From Fimbriimonadia bacterium (GTDB lineage: Bacteria; Armatimonadota; Fimbriimonadia; Fimbriimonadales; JABRVX01), in assembly GCA_041483895.1 (NCBI GenBank), contig JBGPGO010000002.1, positions 192,001-256,000 of the forward strand: a stretch of 64,000 nt of DNA, read 5' to 3'. The translations under genes and the position numbers were made by a program. Of the stretch, positions 27,794 to 38,203 are shown one piece after another. Numbering within the stretch: position 1 is the stretch's first letter; each line of letters begins with the position of its first letter. Under the pieces are notes generated by a model. That model worked only from the letters and a program-made list of their open reading frames with translations. It had not been told where the DNA came from and searched no databases.

Positions 27794-29130
27794 AACGGGG
27801 TCTCTTCTTTCTTGCCTTCGCCGCAACGGCTTGCCAGGCGGCTCCGACCCGAACTGTGTTCGAAAACGGCCTCCGCCTGATCACTGAACCCGAGCAGGGC
27901 TCACAGTGGGTTGTGGTCACGGCCTTTGTCACGGCTGGCGCCGATACGGATGGCGACAGGCCGGGGGCCCGATACGTGACCGCGCAAGCGGCGTACCAGC
28001 GCCATGCAAACCTCTCTCAGAACAGCCTGGATCAGGTTGCCGCGAATATTGGCGGCGGCCTGCGGCTGTTCTTCGATCGGGACGTTATTCGATACGAAAC
28101 GCTGACAACGGCGCCTTGGGTGGACAACGCCCTATTCCTAACGGTCGGCGCGTTGAAGAACGGCGAGTTTGCCGCGGAAGAGGTTGCGGATGCCAAGAAA
28201 GCGGTCGAGCCACTGCTCCGCCTCCCGGCATCCCCGTCCGCATTCGGCGTGTACCATCTTGTGAAGAACTGCTTCGACGACAGCCCCCTCATTCGCCTCC
28301 CTTCGCAGGATGAGATCGACCAGGTTACCGTCTCGGATTGTCAGAACTACTATGAACGGTATTTTTCGCCGCAGCGCATTACGATTGTCGTCGCCGGGGC
28401 GATCGATCAGATGGCCGTCATCAACAGTTTGCGAAAATCCATCGGTTCCTGGAAGCCTGACAAGGCTGTGCGGCAGGTACCAATGTCGCCCGTAACGATG
28501 GCAGAATCGTTTGATAAGGTCCGGTCTACAAACACCGTCTCCGCGTATTCGTTCAGCGGGTATGTCGGACCGCCGCCGTCTTCACCCGATTTTCCCGCCT
28601 TTGCCGTCTTCGCCTCGGCGTTGGGCAAGGGTCAGGCCTCGCGTGTTGTGCGGGCCTTTCGGGACACAGGAAGGGCGTATCAGGTGGGAACCGGCCTGTA
28701 TCCGACCGCGGCCGGGACCGTCGCGTATACCTGGGCGCAGTTCAACCCCATCGAGTTTAATCCCGCGCGAGGCAAGATGGACATCTATCTTGCCGATTCG
28801 ATCACATTGCTGAAGAAGACCGCTCGGGCGATGATTGACGACGGTTTGAAGGGTGAGGAGCTGGATCGAGCGAAGCGTGTGCTTGAGGTCGGCTACTATT
28901 TAGACGACGCGCAGTCGAGCGGCGGCATCGTGCCGTTCCAGACGGGACACCAGCGAATTCGGGATCGAGCGTACTGGCTGGGGTGGTGGGAGGCCGTTGG
29001 CGGCGGGTTCGAGATGGATGGCAGGTTTCCGGAGCTGGTGGAGGCGGTAACGGCCGACTCGGTCGCGGCGGTGGCAATGAAGTATTGTACGAAGGTTGGG
29101 ACTGTGTTGGTGATACCCGTCGAGCCGTGA
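27790..29130 (+). CDS. M16 family peptidase-like protein, non-catalytic partner
   Basis: 'ENGLRLI', 'YF.P....IVVAG.ID', 'SR....R....AY'; lacks HxxEH; ATGA overlap. Confidence 0.8.
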   Translation: MKRGLFFLAFAATACQAAPTRTVFENGLRLITEPEQGSQWVVVTAFVTAGADTDGDRPGARYVTAQAAYQRHANLSQNSLDQVAANIGGGLRLFFDRDVIRYETLTTAPWVDNALFLTVGALKNGEFAAEEVADAKKAVEPLLRLPASPSAFGVYHLVKNCFDDSPLIRLPSQDEIDQVTVSDCQNYYERYFSPQRITIVVAGAIDQMAVINSLRKSIGSWKPDKAVRQVPMSPVTMAESFDKVRSTNTVSAYSFSGYVGPPPSSPDFPAFAVFASALGKGQASRVVRAFRDTGRAYQVGTGLYPTAAGTVAYTWAQFNPIEFNPARGKMDIYLADSITLLKKTARAMIDDGLKGEELDRAKRVLEVGYYLDDAQSSGGIVPFQTGHQRIRDRAYWLGWWEAVGGGFEMDGRFPELVEAVTADSVAAVAMKYCTKVGTVLVIPVEP

Positions 29131-29196
29131 AGGGAATTTGCTTGAGTTGCCGAAACGGAGTAGCTCAATCAACGTCCCATAGTATGGAGGGATCAT

Positions 29197-30159
29197 TTGA
29201 CGAGGATTTTGCTTTTCGCGCTGCTGCTCGGTCTGTTGGTTGTGGCAGGATGCGGTGGTGGCGGGGGTGGCGGCGGCTCGACAATCACGGTAACGAGCTT
29301 GACGCTGAGCATTCCCGATAACTCCACTGTCGCGACCGGCGGGGTGCTCCACATCAAAGCGTTTGCCACCTATTCCAATGGCACTTCCGGCTATGTGAAC
29401 CCGTCGTGGGGCTTGGTGGGCGCCATCGGAAGTATTGGACCGGACGGCACGTTTACGGCGGCTGCAAGCGCCGCCGCTGGGACAATCGTCGCGACGCTCA
29501 GCGGGTTCATTACGAACGTCTCCATCTCCGTTGTCGTGCCGGGCGCCCTATCCAACTATGCCGTTGTCGCTTCGAATCTGACCAATCCCAACGATATCGG
29601 CCTCGGGGACAAGCATTTCTTCTATCTGATGGCCATGTCCGGCGCCCAGACGATCTATGTCAATCCCGATGCCGGGAGCTGGTCGGTCTCCGGCGGCGTT
29701 GCGACGATTGACGCGAACACCGGGGAGCTGACCGCGACGAGTTCCGGCGATGGCTCCGTCTCGGCTCTTCATAACAGCGCCGCGTCGTCGCTTCCGATCC
29801 GCGTGACCGCTCCCAAAGTCAGCGTTACCGGGTCTACAGTCGAGTTTTCCTCGTTTGTAGCTATTGCCGGCGCGCAGGTCGTCTTTCTGGACTCGGCGGG
29901 GAATGAGGTTGGCCGCCTGACATCCGATTCCGGCGGACAGTTTTCTGGCCTCGTTTCCCAATCCGCGACGGATATGTATGTAGATTCCGTTCCGGCGGGA
30001 TACCACGCGGAATTTCGATACCAATCCATCTACTATTACACGGGCGATCCGGCCAATTGCAAAGCGCCGATCGCGGCGCCCACGAGCGGCAAGAACTACG
30101 GCAATGTCTATCTGTTCTCGACGAACAATCCGCCGCCACCGCCGCCGAATTGCGGGTAG
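29197..30159 (+). CDS. Lipoprotein with Ig-like and carboxypeptidase-regulatory-like domains (paralogue 1)
   Basis: GGAGG + TTG start; lipobox VAGC followed by poly-Gly; ends PPPPPPNCG. Confidence 0.75.
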   Translation: MTRILLFALLLGLLVVAGCGGGGGGGGSTITVTSLTLSIPDNSTVATGGVLHIKAFATYSNGTSGYVNPSWGLVGAIGSIGPDGTFTAAASAAAGTIVATLSGFITNVSISVVVPGALSNYAVVASNLTNPNDIGLGDKHFFYLMAMSGAQTIYVNPDAGSWSVSGGVATIDANTGELTATSSGDGSVSALHNSAASSLPIRVTAPKVSVTGSTVEFSSFVAIAGAQVVFLDSAGNEVGRLTSDSGGQFSGLVSQSATDMYVDSVPAGYHAEFRYQSIYYYTGDPANCKAPIAAPTSGKNYGNVYLFSTNNPPPPPPNCG

Positions 30160-30169
30160 GATGAAAATC

Positions 30170-31120
30170 ATGAAGAACCTTGGTTGCCTGGTTGTCGGTA
30201 TGGCCATCTGCCTGTCGGGCTGTGGCGGTGGAGGTGGAGGAGGCGCCGCGACGCTGTCCTCGCTGTTGATCAGCATCCCCACCAACTCCAACATCGCGAC
30301 CGGCGTTCAGCTTCCGATATCGGTCCTTGCCGTCTATAGCAACGGCACGAAGACGAAGGTAATTGCCGACAGTTGGGGAACGACGGGCGGGGTCGGAACG
30401 ATCACCACCGACGGTATCTTCACCGCAGCCGGCAGCGCCGCGACCGGGACCATCATGGCGAACTATCAGGGTGTGCCCGGGGCAGTTACGGTCACCATCA
30501 CCACGACAGGGGGATTGGGATCGTTTCGAGTCGTTCCTCCGCAAGGACTGGATACCGCCAAGCTGACGTTTGCGTCCAAGGCCAACTTCTATATGGTAGC
30601 GAAGGATGCCGGGAACAATGACGTGTACGTGTCGGCGGATTCCTGGTCGGCCTCGCCCAGTGGGATCGGATCGCTTTCCGCGATTGGGGAATTCACCCCC
30701 GCGTCCGACGGCTCGGGCCAAATCAACGCGACGAAGAACAGCCTGCCTGCTGTGCCCGCCGATGTGACGATCGTGGCCGACAAGGTCTCCGTCAATGGCA
30801 AGGTTGTGAATCAGTTGGACGGAACCGGGATTTCTGGGGCGACAATCGTGTTTCTGAACGCGGTCGGCCAAACTGTGGGGCAGGCAACGACAAAGAGCGA
30901 TGGATCGTGGACCGCGTCCGTCTCAACGACCGCAGCGAGCCTATATGTCAGCTCGGTTCCCGTCGGTTGGCATGCCGAGTTTGCTTTTCTAGGGAAGGTC
31001 TATCACACAAACGATCCGGATCTGTGCCACGCGCCGATCGCCGCGCCCCAACAGAATCTAGCCTATCCAAATATTCTGCTGTACGACACGAATTCGCCGC
31101 CACCCCCTCCGGATTGCTAG
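30170..31120 (+). CDS. Lipoprotein with Ig-like domains (paralogue 2)
   Basis: Lipobox LSGC + poly-Gly; collinear similarity to 29197-30159; ends PPPPPDC. Confidence 0.75.
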   Translation: MKNLGCLVVGMAICLSGCGGGGGGGAATLSSLLISIPTNSNIATGVQLPISVLAVYSNGTKTKVIADSWGTTGGVGTITTDGIFTAAGSAATGTIMANYQGVPGAVTVTITTTGGLGSFRVVPPQGLDTAKLTFASKANFYMVAKDAGNNDVYVSADSWSASPSGIGSLSAIGEFTPASDGSGQINATKNSLPAVPADVTIVADKVSVNGKVVNQLDGTGISGATIVFLNAVGQTVGQATTKSDGSWTASVSTTAASLYVSSVPVGWHAEFAFLGKVYHTNDPDLCHAPIAAPQQNLAYPNILLYDTNSPPPPPDC

Positions 31121-31170
31121 TCCTGGGTCCCGGAAACCTGCTTTGGCCGCCGCCAGTATTAACGGGTGGA

Positions 31171-31365
31171 ATGGAAAACGTCAACGCAGATGTCCAATCG
31201 AATAAGAGCCTTCAGCTTACGGAACGAGAGGCCTTCGCCCTGTTGCAGGTGGCGATTTTGGCCTCCAACGAAGACGACGAGGCGATGGCCGGCGCTGTGA
31301 GGAAAATCGCAAATTACTGTCGAGGCTTTCTGACAAGCGAATTCCTCCAGCGGGTCCCGGCGTAG
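31171..31365 (+). CDS. Small hypothetical protein (64 aa)
   Basis: Fills the gap between genes; helical, coding-like sequence. Confidence 0.5.
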   Translation: MENVNADVQSNKSLQLTEREAFALLQVAILASNEDDEAMAGAVRKIANYCRGFLTSEFLQRVPA

Positions 31366-31375
31366 GAGACTGTAT

Positions 31376-32410
31376 TTGGATAGGCACGATGGGCCGTGTG
31401 AAAAGTGTGGTTTCGGCGGATCGCCCGCCTGGATTTTTCGTCCAGACGGGCTGCCAACTTGGATTTGCCTCCAGTGCGGGCATACGTTGACGGAATCGGA
31501 CCGCGCGGTATCGGACCGGCGCCGATTTCAGTGGCTTGTCCGGCGGATCAACACCAAGAAGGACACCCGAAACAGTGAGATAGCGGCTTTGACCAAGATG
31601 GGCAAGGCGGCGATACCGACTCTCCAGCGCGTCCTCGAACTGAGGGGAAAATCCTATTCGGAAGCGAAGGCCTCGGCGATCACGGTGTTGGGCAATATCG
31701 GCGGGGACGAGGCGGTCTATTTCATTCTGCAGGCGATGCGGCAGCAAGAGAAGGATGCACTCAAGTACCGGAAGCGCATCATCCCGTTGGTTGTCGGCGC
31801 CGTGCTCACACTTGTCGCGCTATTCGTGATTCTACAGATTACGACAGGCAAGGGCGGCGCCAATTTCGCCAGCATGGGAGGAATGTTTAGCGCAATCGCC
31901 GCCATGGGGGTTGGACTTTCGGCAAGGAAGAAGGCGGCGGAGACGCTGGCCGCGCTGAAGGAGCCCCGGGTTGTCGGGCCGCTCGCGATGGCCTATTTCG
32001 ACAAAGAGACGAAAAAGACGGCGGCTCCGATCCTGGTGCAGATGATGCCGTTGGTGAAGGAAACGCACGTCGCTGAGTTCGATCGCGACCAGAAGGCGGC
32101 GATTGTGCGGCTTCTCTCCGAAGATGATCCCAATTTGGTGCTCGGCGCGCTGGGAATTGTGGAGCTATTTGGCGCGCAGGCCGAGCTGCCCCCGGTACAG
32201 TCATTGAAGAATCACGAATCCGATGTGGTGCGGTCCAAGGCCGAAGAGGTGGAAGCGACGTTGCTCGGGCGGGCGGCGACGGAGGCGGACCGATCCACGC
32301 TGCTACGGGCATCCACCGGAGAGGATACCGACGCCGGCACCCTTCTTCGGGCAGCTACTGACAGCGAGGACCCGAACACCGATCAGCTCCTGCGCCGCGC
32401 CGGAGATTAG
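31376..32410 (+). CDS. HEAT-repeat membrane protein with N-terminal Zn-ribbon-like motif
   Basis: CxxC...CxxC, HEAT-like helices, 2 TM, C-terminal repeated 'TLLRA' motifs; AGGAG SD. Confidence 0.7.
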   Translation: MDRHDGPCEKCGFGGSPAWIFRPDGLPTWICLQCGHTLTESDRAVSDRRRFQWLVRRINTKKDTRNSEIAALTKMGKAAIPTLQRVLELRGKSYSEAKASAITVLGNIGGDEAVYFILQAMRQQEKDALKYRKRIIPLVVGAVLTLVALFVILQITTGKGGANFASMGGMFSAIAAMGVGLSARKKAAETLAALKEPRVVGPLAMAYFDKETKKTAAPILVQMMPLVKETHVAEFDRDQKAAIVRLLSEDDPNLVLGALGIVELFGAQAELPPVQSLKNHESDVVRSKAEEVEATLLGRAATEADRSTLLRASTGEDTDAGTLLRAATDSEDPNTDQLLRRAGD

Positions 32411-32476
32411 GCCGCAGGTCCTGAGCCCGCAACCCATCATCTCAACGCGCGGTAGTGCCGATCATGCGTTTGCCTC

Positions 32477-32505
32477 TTGCAATATTTCCTGAATTGCTAT
32501 ATAGT
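32477..32505 (+). promoter_or_regulatory. Sigma70-type promoter of the DUF1800-DUF1501 operon
   Basis: TTGCAA-N17-TATAGT upstream of an AGGAGG SD. Confidence 0.6.
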
Positions 32506-32527
32506 GGTTTCACGAGGAGGTGTGCGA

Positions 32528-33844
32528 ATGAGCGAAGTTCGGGATAGACTTGCCCATCTGTTCCGCCGAGCGGGCTTTGGGGCCACTCCGGAGGAGCTCG
32601 ACTTTTGGGAGCCGCAGGGAGTCGATGCCGCTGTCGACTGGATGCTGGCGGAGAGGCCGGATCCGACGGACAAAGATCCCAAGCCGACGAACTTTTTGGA
32701 CGGCGGTCTGGCGCTGATCAATTGGTGGTTTCGCAAGATGCAGCGCACCAATCGGCCGTTCCGCGAGAAGATGACCTTGTTCTGGCACGGCCACTTTGCC
32801 ACTTCGCTTGCAAAGGTCGGTTTGGCGAAGTACATGCTGCAGCAAAACGAAACGCTTCGCAACTATGGTATGGGCGACTTTCGCATGCTTCTCAAAAAGA
32901 TCAACCTCGATCCCGCGATGATGATTTGGCTTGACACGCTTGGCAGCTACAAGGATCATCCCAATGAGAACTACTCCCGCGAAGTGATGGAGCTATTCAC
33001 GTTGGGCAGGCATCAGTACACGGAGTCCGACATCAAGGAGTTGGCGCGGGCGTTTAGCGGCTACACATTTGACTATGGCATCGGAGATAATGGCGTGAAG
33101 ACGCCGTGGGGACATGACTTCGGATTCAAAAAGATCTTCAGTGCGATTGGCGATTTTGATGCCGATTCGGTTGTGCCGTTGCTGACCGGTCATCCGCACT
33201 GCACCAAGTTTCTCGCATGGCGGCTGTATCGATTCTTCGTCAACGAGTCCGCGTTGGAAGGGGATGCCGCTTGGTTTGGCGATGTGATCAAGCTAAATCG
33301 ATTCAATATCAAAGAATCGATGCGGGCGCTGTTTCTTTCCGAGCAGTTTTATTCGCCCGAGAATCGGTATGCGCGCATCAAATCTCCGGTTGAATACACG
33401 CTTAGCCTTCTCCGTGACACCGGCACGAGACCAGACCTGTATTCAATCTACTACATGAGCGCGATGGGGCAGCTGTTGATGTATCCGCCAACCGTCGAGG
33501 GATGGAAGGGCGGAATGATTTGGATGTCTTCCACTCGCATGTTCCGGCGATTTCAGTTCGCGCAATATCAATGCACGAAGTCCGCAGACGGCGCCGGCAG
33601 CATATTCAGTCCGCAAACAGCCAAAACGCTGTTCGGCGACATGACGGCGGAACAGATGACGGACGCGGTTTGCCAGCGCATGTTGGGCCGCCAACCCGAA
33701 CCGACGACCCGGTCTTTGCTCGTCGGCTATCTTTCCGGGGCCAAGCATGGCTCACAGTTTGTCGCTTCCGTCGAATCCGGTCTCAAACACTTGCGGGGCC
33801 TTGCAAACCTGATCGCTGCCCTGCCCGACTATCAGCTAAGCTAA
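32528..33844 (+). CDS. DUF1800 domain protein
   Basis: 'HL.RRAGFG', 'EKMTLFWHGHFATS..KV', 'PNENY.RE.MELFTLG', 'K.P.EY', 'PP.V.GW'. Confidence 0.92.
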   Translation: MSEVRDRLAHLFRRAGFGATPEELDFWEPQGVDAAVDWMLAERPDPTDKDPKPTNFLDGGLALINWWFRKMQRTNRPFREKMTLFWHGHFATSLAKVGLAKYMLQQNETLRNYGMGDFRMLLKKINLDPAMMIWLDTLGSYKDHPNENYSREVMELFTLGRHQYTESDIKELARAFSGYTFDYGIGDNGVKTPWGHDFGFKKIFSAIGDFDADSVVPLLTGHPHCTKFLAWRLYRFFVNESALEGDAAWFGDVIKLNRFNIKESMRALFLSEQFYSPENRYARIKSPVEYTLSLLRDTGTRPDLYSIYYMSAMGQLLMYPPTVEGWKGGMIWMSSTRMFRRFQFAQYQCTKSADGAGSIFSPQTAKTLFGDMTAEQMTDAVCQRMLGRQPEPTTRSLLVGYLSGAKHGSQFVASVESGLKHLRGLANLIAALPDYQLS

Positions 33845-33857
33845 ACGGAGGAGTTTC

Positions 33858-35090
33858 ATGGCCGGCATAACAAGAAGAGATTTTCTGAAGGGTCTGACCT
33901 TCGTTTCAATCGGCGCGGGGATGGGTGTCAAGGCGTCTGCGGGATTTGGGAAGCGGTTTATGGCCGGAGATCATATCATGGTAGTGATTCAGATGTCCGG
34001 TGGGAATGACGGACTGAATACCGTCGTGCCGTATACCGATCCAAAGTACTATCAATACCGACCGGACATTGCGATCGCCGCCAACCGAGTGGTCCCGCTT
34101 TCTTCGAAGCTCGGATTGCATCCGCAGCTGCAGCCGCTCAAGAGCATTTGGGAGTCCGGCGATATGGCGGTCATTCATGGGGTGGGCTATCCGAATCCGG
34201 ATCGTTCCCATTTTCGAGCGATGGAGATATGGCAGACAGGCTCGCCGGATGTTCCCGCCAATCTCACGGAAGGCTGGATCGGCAAGTATATGGACAAGGA
34301 AGGGCATCTATTGACGACCGCTGCCGGCGCGATGGCGATCGGCGGTGGCGACGTGCCGTATGCTATGTATACACCGCTATACAGTCCTCCGTCGTTCGAG
34401 ACGCCGGACGATTTTACGCCGCTGTTCGGCGACAACTTTACTGTAGAGCTGATGAAGCGGAAGGCGACCCTAAGGACTATCTATCAAACTGGCACGCCGG
34501 AGATCCAGTTGGCAGAGCAGGTTCGCGTGGCGGGGAAAGCGGCAATTTCTGCCAGCGATTTGATATCGAGCTCGATCAATCATGGATCGAATTCGGTCAC
34601 ATATCCTCAATCGGGATTGGGCACAACGCTTCGAAACGTCGCACGGCTCATCTCTTCGGGCATCGATACGAGAATCTATTACGTGACGATTGGCGGGTTT
34701 GACACTCATGCTTATCAGGAAGATCTGCACCCCGATCTACTGCAGGAGCTTTCGGGCGCCTTGCGGGCTTTTTATGACGATTTGCAGGGGCTTGGATACG
34801 CCGACAAGGTCGTATTGATGACGTTCAGCGAGTTCGGGCGGAGGGTTGAGCAGAACGTGTCGTTCGGCACCGATCATGGGACGGCTGCGCCGTTGTTCGT
34901 TATCGGCAAGCCTGTGGCCGGTGGGTTTTACGGCGAGCAGCCCACGCTGTCGGATTTGGATGAAAACAGTGATTTGAAGTTCGATGTGGATTTCCGCCAG
35001 GTGTATGCGACGATGATCCAGGGATGGATGGGGGAAGACGCGGACCTGGTACTAGGCAGCCATTTCGACCGGCTCGGGTTTATTTCGTAA
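33858..35090 (+). CDS. DUF1501 domain protein with Tat signal
   Basis: 'TRRDFLK', 'GGNDGLNTVVP', 'RSHF', 'GGFDTH', 'SEFGRR..N...GTDHG'. Confidence 0.92.
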   Translation: MAGITRRDFLKGLTFVSIGAGMGVKASAGFGKRFMAGDHIMVVIQMSGGNDGLNTVVPYTDPKYYQYRPDIAIAANRVVPLSSKLGLHPQLQPLKSIWESGDMAVIHGVGYPNPDRSHFRAMEIWQTGSPDVPANLTEGWIGKYMDKEGHLLTTAAGAMAIGGGDVPYAMYTPLYSPPSFETPDDFTPLFGDNFTVELMKRKATLRTIYQTGTPEIQLAEQVRVAGKAAISASDLISSSINHGSNSVTYPQSGLGTTLRNVARLISSGIDTRIYYVTIGGFDTHAYQEDLHPDLLQELSGALRAFYDDLQGLGYADKVVLMTFSEFGRRVEQNVSFGTDHGTAAPLFVIGKPVAGGFYGEQPTLSDLDENSDLKFDVDFRQVYATMIQGWMGEDADLVLGSHFDRLGFIS

Positions 35091-37305
35091 GAGGAACCGC
35101 CAGCGGACCTTCTGTGATCGGGGCATCCACCGCACGGTCGGGGACACCATCCCCGTTGTACCACGCGACCTGAGCAAGCCCTAATGGCCACAAAGGAAAG
35201 TCTGCGTATCCGTTTAAATGTCCAACCAACCTGTGATTCGCATCATACGCGACTTCGATCCTACACTGTCCCGGGGGTGCAAGTACATTCGGTCTCAGCG
35301 ATGCGTACATATCGCTCGGAAACATCACCTTGCATTTGTCCTTCAGCTTATATTTATCGTCCCCATAAAAGACGACAGTGTTGCTGTCAAAATCGCTCAT
35401 GGATACAGCAGATTCGCGGCGAACTGCCACCGGTCCAAGGCAGCGTTTCAGTCGCGTTTGCAATGCCGAAAGGTCCATCATTTTCCCATCCGGAACGACC
35501 ACAAGCGGCTTTTCAATCATTCGAATCATGGCAGGAAGGTCTTCTTTTGGGACATCCCGATAGAGGCGCAGATGGGGATCGATAGCGAACGATGTCGGCG
35601 CTTCCGCGGTCGGCAAGGTGAAGTGGGTTGTCAGCATGATCATTTTCACCTTTTCGTCCGTGCCGTCTTGATGCTTCGCCGAATAGACTGATACCGGAAT
35701 ATCGAGACTGACGATCAGCCGCTCGACAGTGAGAGAACCTGTGACCTGTTTGTCGGCATATTTCACGTCATCCAGGTGCATTTTGATCGAGCCGGGGAAG
35801 CGGACCCAATAGTCAAGGAACCAGGTGTATTGTTCCCCCATTGTTTTGAAAAGGGAGTATTGGAGGAGCTCCCAATCGGTTTCCGTGGCGGAATTGACCG
35901 CGGCGATGAAGTTCTTTAGAACGCGAACCATGTTAGCCGCGCCGACGGTATCTTCGAGGTTTTCAAGTGCCTTTGCGCCTTTGCCGAGCGCCGATTTCAG
36001 CGCATCGGGGCCTTTCTCCGGTCCCTGCTCGTTGAGTGGAGATCTCTCGGATATTTCAAGCGCCTCGGGGTAGATGCGGGCGGCGTCGGTCAGGCTAGGG
36101 TCGCGCGAGCGTGCGAACGCGGAGGCGGCGTATTTGCAGAAACTCTCCGGCCAATAGTTTCGCAAGTACGTTCCCGGTGCGTAGCCGCCGAACCAGGTAT
36201 GCGCTACGCCGGTCACGATCTGGTACGCGCTTTGGACGCTGGGCATCGTAAGGACTGTCGGCATGGCAAGAAGGCAGCTGCCGGCGTTGGGGCTTTCCAC
36301 GATCGAATACCGATTGTATCCGTATGCGCTGTACCGCTCGAAAAATGGCAGCGCTTTGGCGGCGACGTCGAGCGCCATTTTGGCCGTCTGGGCGTTGGCT
36401 TTGAGCTGGTAAACGGAATAAGTCACGCCGCCGGCTTTGCGTTCCGTAACGGCATAAGGCGCGGCGGAAAGGGCAAAGAAGCTGGTGGGCTGCTTGAGCT
36501 CGAAAACGTAGGAATCGGCGGCGTGCGATGTGAGGCCTCCCGTTCCGACAACCTTCCAGCCTTTTGGGGCAGTGACAGTCGTCTTCATCGTCGCAGGAGA
36601 CCGGGCGATCGATGGCCACCAATAACTTCCGGTCAGCATCGCTTCATCCGGGCCAATGGTTCCGTTGAATCCGCGCCGATCTAGCACTCCCGAATATTGA
36701 ATATCGATCTTTGCGGGCATCTGACCTCGCACGGCAAAAGCGATCAATCCGCCCGCCTGCTCGAACTTCAATGGCGCGCCGCCTGATGACATCTTCTCCA
36801 CTAGGAATTCGGACCCAAGGCGAATCAGGGCGTACGGGCGCGGGTTCCGGGTTGTCGCCAATGTGATGGTGTCTGTGATGTGGACCTTGTGGGCGCTCGG
36901 CTCAAATCGGACCCGCATGTTGTGATCGGATATGCGATACCCGAACGTATCTTGCGGTGTAAGCGTCTGTCCGATGAACAGATTCCCGTGATTGGATACG
37001 ACGTTATAGACCCGCTGGTCCACATCGCGAATCGGAAGCGGCGTGTACACAACGAGGAGATGCTTGTCGGTTCCCGGAAGGGTGATAACCCCGGCCCGCC
37101 AGCCAAATCGCCCGGCCCCGAATGTGCTCTCACTTGCGAGATAGGAAAAATTTTCGTTACCATAATTCGACTGCAGCGCATCGAGATTTACAACATTCTT
37201 TGTTCGAGCGGCCTCGTCGGCAAATGCCGCGAATTCTTTGATATCGTACTGTTGGGCGAAGGCAGTTGCAGGCAACAAAAGGCAGGTGAGTAGAAATGAT
37301 GGCAT
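35080..37305 (-). CDS. Secreted M1 aminopeptidase-like protein lacking catalytic motifs
   Basis: M1-like architecture ('W.P', 'TAPKGW.VVG.G', 'AHTWFG...W..ESF'), but HExxH reads TGVAH. Confidence 0.7.
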   Translation of the reverse strand: MPSFLLTCLLLPATAFAQQYDIKEFAAFADEAARTKNVVNLDALQSNYGNENFSYLASESTFGAGRFGWRAGVITLPGTDKHLLVVYTPLPIRDVDQRVYNVVSNHGNLFIGQTLTPQDTFGYRISDHNMRVRFEPSAHKVHITDTITLATTRNPRPYALIRLGSEFLVEKMSSGGAPLKFEQAGGLIAFAVRGQMPAKIDIQYSGVLDRRGFNGTIGPDEAMLTGSYWWPSIARSPATMKTTVTAPKGWKVVGTGGLTSHAADSYVFELKQPTSFFALSAAPYAVTERKAGGVTYSVYQLKANAQTAKMALDVAAKALPFFERYSAYGYNRYSIVESPNAGSCLLAMPTVLTMPSVQSAYQIVTGVAHTWFGGYAPGTYLRNYWPESFCKYAASAFARSRDPSLTDAARIYPEALEISERSPLNEQGPEKGPDALKSALGKGAKALENLEDTVGAANMVRVLKNFIAAVNSATETDWELLQYSLFKTMGEQYTWFLDYWVRFPGSIKMHLDDVKYADKQVTGSLTVERLIVSLDIPVSVYSAKHQDGTDEKVKMIMLTTHFTLPTAEAPTSFAIDPHLRLYRDVPKEDLPAMIRMIEKPLVVVPDGKMMDLSALQTRLKRCLGPVAVRRESAVSMSDFDSNTVVFYGDDKYKLKDKCKVMFPSDMYASLRPNVLAPPGQCRIEVAYDANHRLVGHLNGYADFPLWPLGLAQVAWYNGDGVPDRAVDAPITEGPLAVPLTK

Positions 37306-37322
37306 CGTGGCGATTGACGATC

Positions 37323-38150
37323 TCATGGCCGGCCGGTTACGGGATAAAGCGATCGAATGTATTCCGTCCACTCCGGATCGCTCAGCTTTTCTCGCTCGGC
37401 AAGCAGCTCTTCGCAGTCGGAGCCGACCCGGTAGCGGAGCTTCGGCGGCTCGTCCGTTGCGGCGCGAACGATTGCCTCGACAACCAGGGCGGGGTCGCCG
37501 GCGGCATCCTTGAGCGTCGCTCGCCGGGCTTTGACCGCCTCGAATATCGGTGCATAGGGCGAGGATGGGTCCTTCGACTCCTCGTTCATGCGTAGGGATC
37601 GGTTTTGGAAATCGGTTTGGAAGTAGCCGGGTTCGATCAGGCAGACGGAGATGCCGTGGATTCCGACCTCGTAGTTGAGGGACTCGGTAAGGGCTTCCAC
37701 CGCGTGCTTCGTGGCGGCATAGACGCCGCTGAACGGATATGTGATCTTCCCAACGATGCTCGACAGGTTGATGATCCGGCCGCCGCCCAGCCGCCTCAGG
37801 ATGGGAAGCGCGGCCTTGGTCACCCGCAGGACCCCAAGGACGTTGGTGTCGAACAGTTGGCGCGCCTCTTCCATGTCGGCATGCTCTTGGAAGGAGAAAT
37901 AGCCATATCCGGCGTTGTTGACCAGCACGTCGAGACGGTCAACATGCGACATGGCGGAGGCGACGGAAGAATCAGAGGTTACGTCAAGCGGGAGAATCTG
38001 CTCGATCCCCGCCTCGCGCAATGGGCCGGCATGTGACACGTCGCGCATGGTGGCGATGACCCGCAATCCCTCCTTGTGAAACCGCAAAGCCGCAAGCAGG
38101 CCGAACCCGCTGGAGCAGCCGGTGATCAAAACTGTCCGTTTTCCTTCCAT
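37323..38150 (-). CDS. Short-chain dehydrogenase/reductase
   Basis: TGCSSGFG, NNAG, YAATK. Confidence 0.93.
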   Translation of the reverse strand: MEGKRTVLITGCSSGFGLLAALRFHKEGLRVIATMRDVSHAGPLREAGIEQILPLDVTSDSSVASAMSHVDRLDVLVNNAGYGYFSFQEHADMEEARQLFDTNVLGVLRVTKAALPILRRLGGGRIINLSSIVGKITYPFSGVYAATKHAVEALTESLNYEVGIHGISVCLIEPGYFQTDFQNRSLRMNEESKDPSSPYAPIFEAVKARRATLKDAAGDPALVVEAIVRAATDEPPKLRYRVGSDCEELLAEREKLSDPEWTEYIRSLYPVTGRP

Positions 38151-38159
38151 CCTTCGCCT

Positions 38160-38180
38160 TCCTTCGGCTGCGCTCAGGAC
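38160..38180. repeat. Solo REP-like arm
   Basis: Reverse strand GTCCTGAGCGCAGCCGAAGGA resembles the arm of the 41268-41359 element. Confidence 0.45.
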
Positions 38181-38203
38181 GAGCCGTGAGGGATAATTGT
38201 GGC

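Noticed and set aside
27790..29130. Second M16 gene as a pseudogene
   Set aside because: An active plus non-catalytic M16 pair is the normal heterodimeric arrangement.
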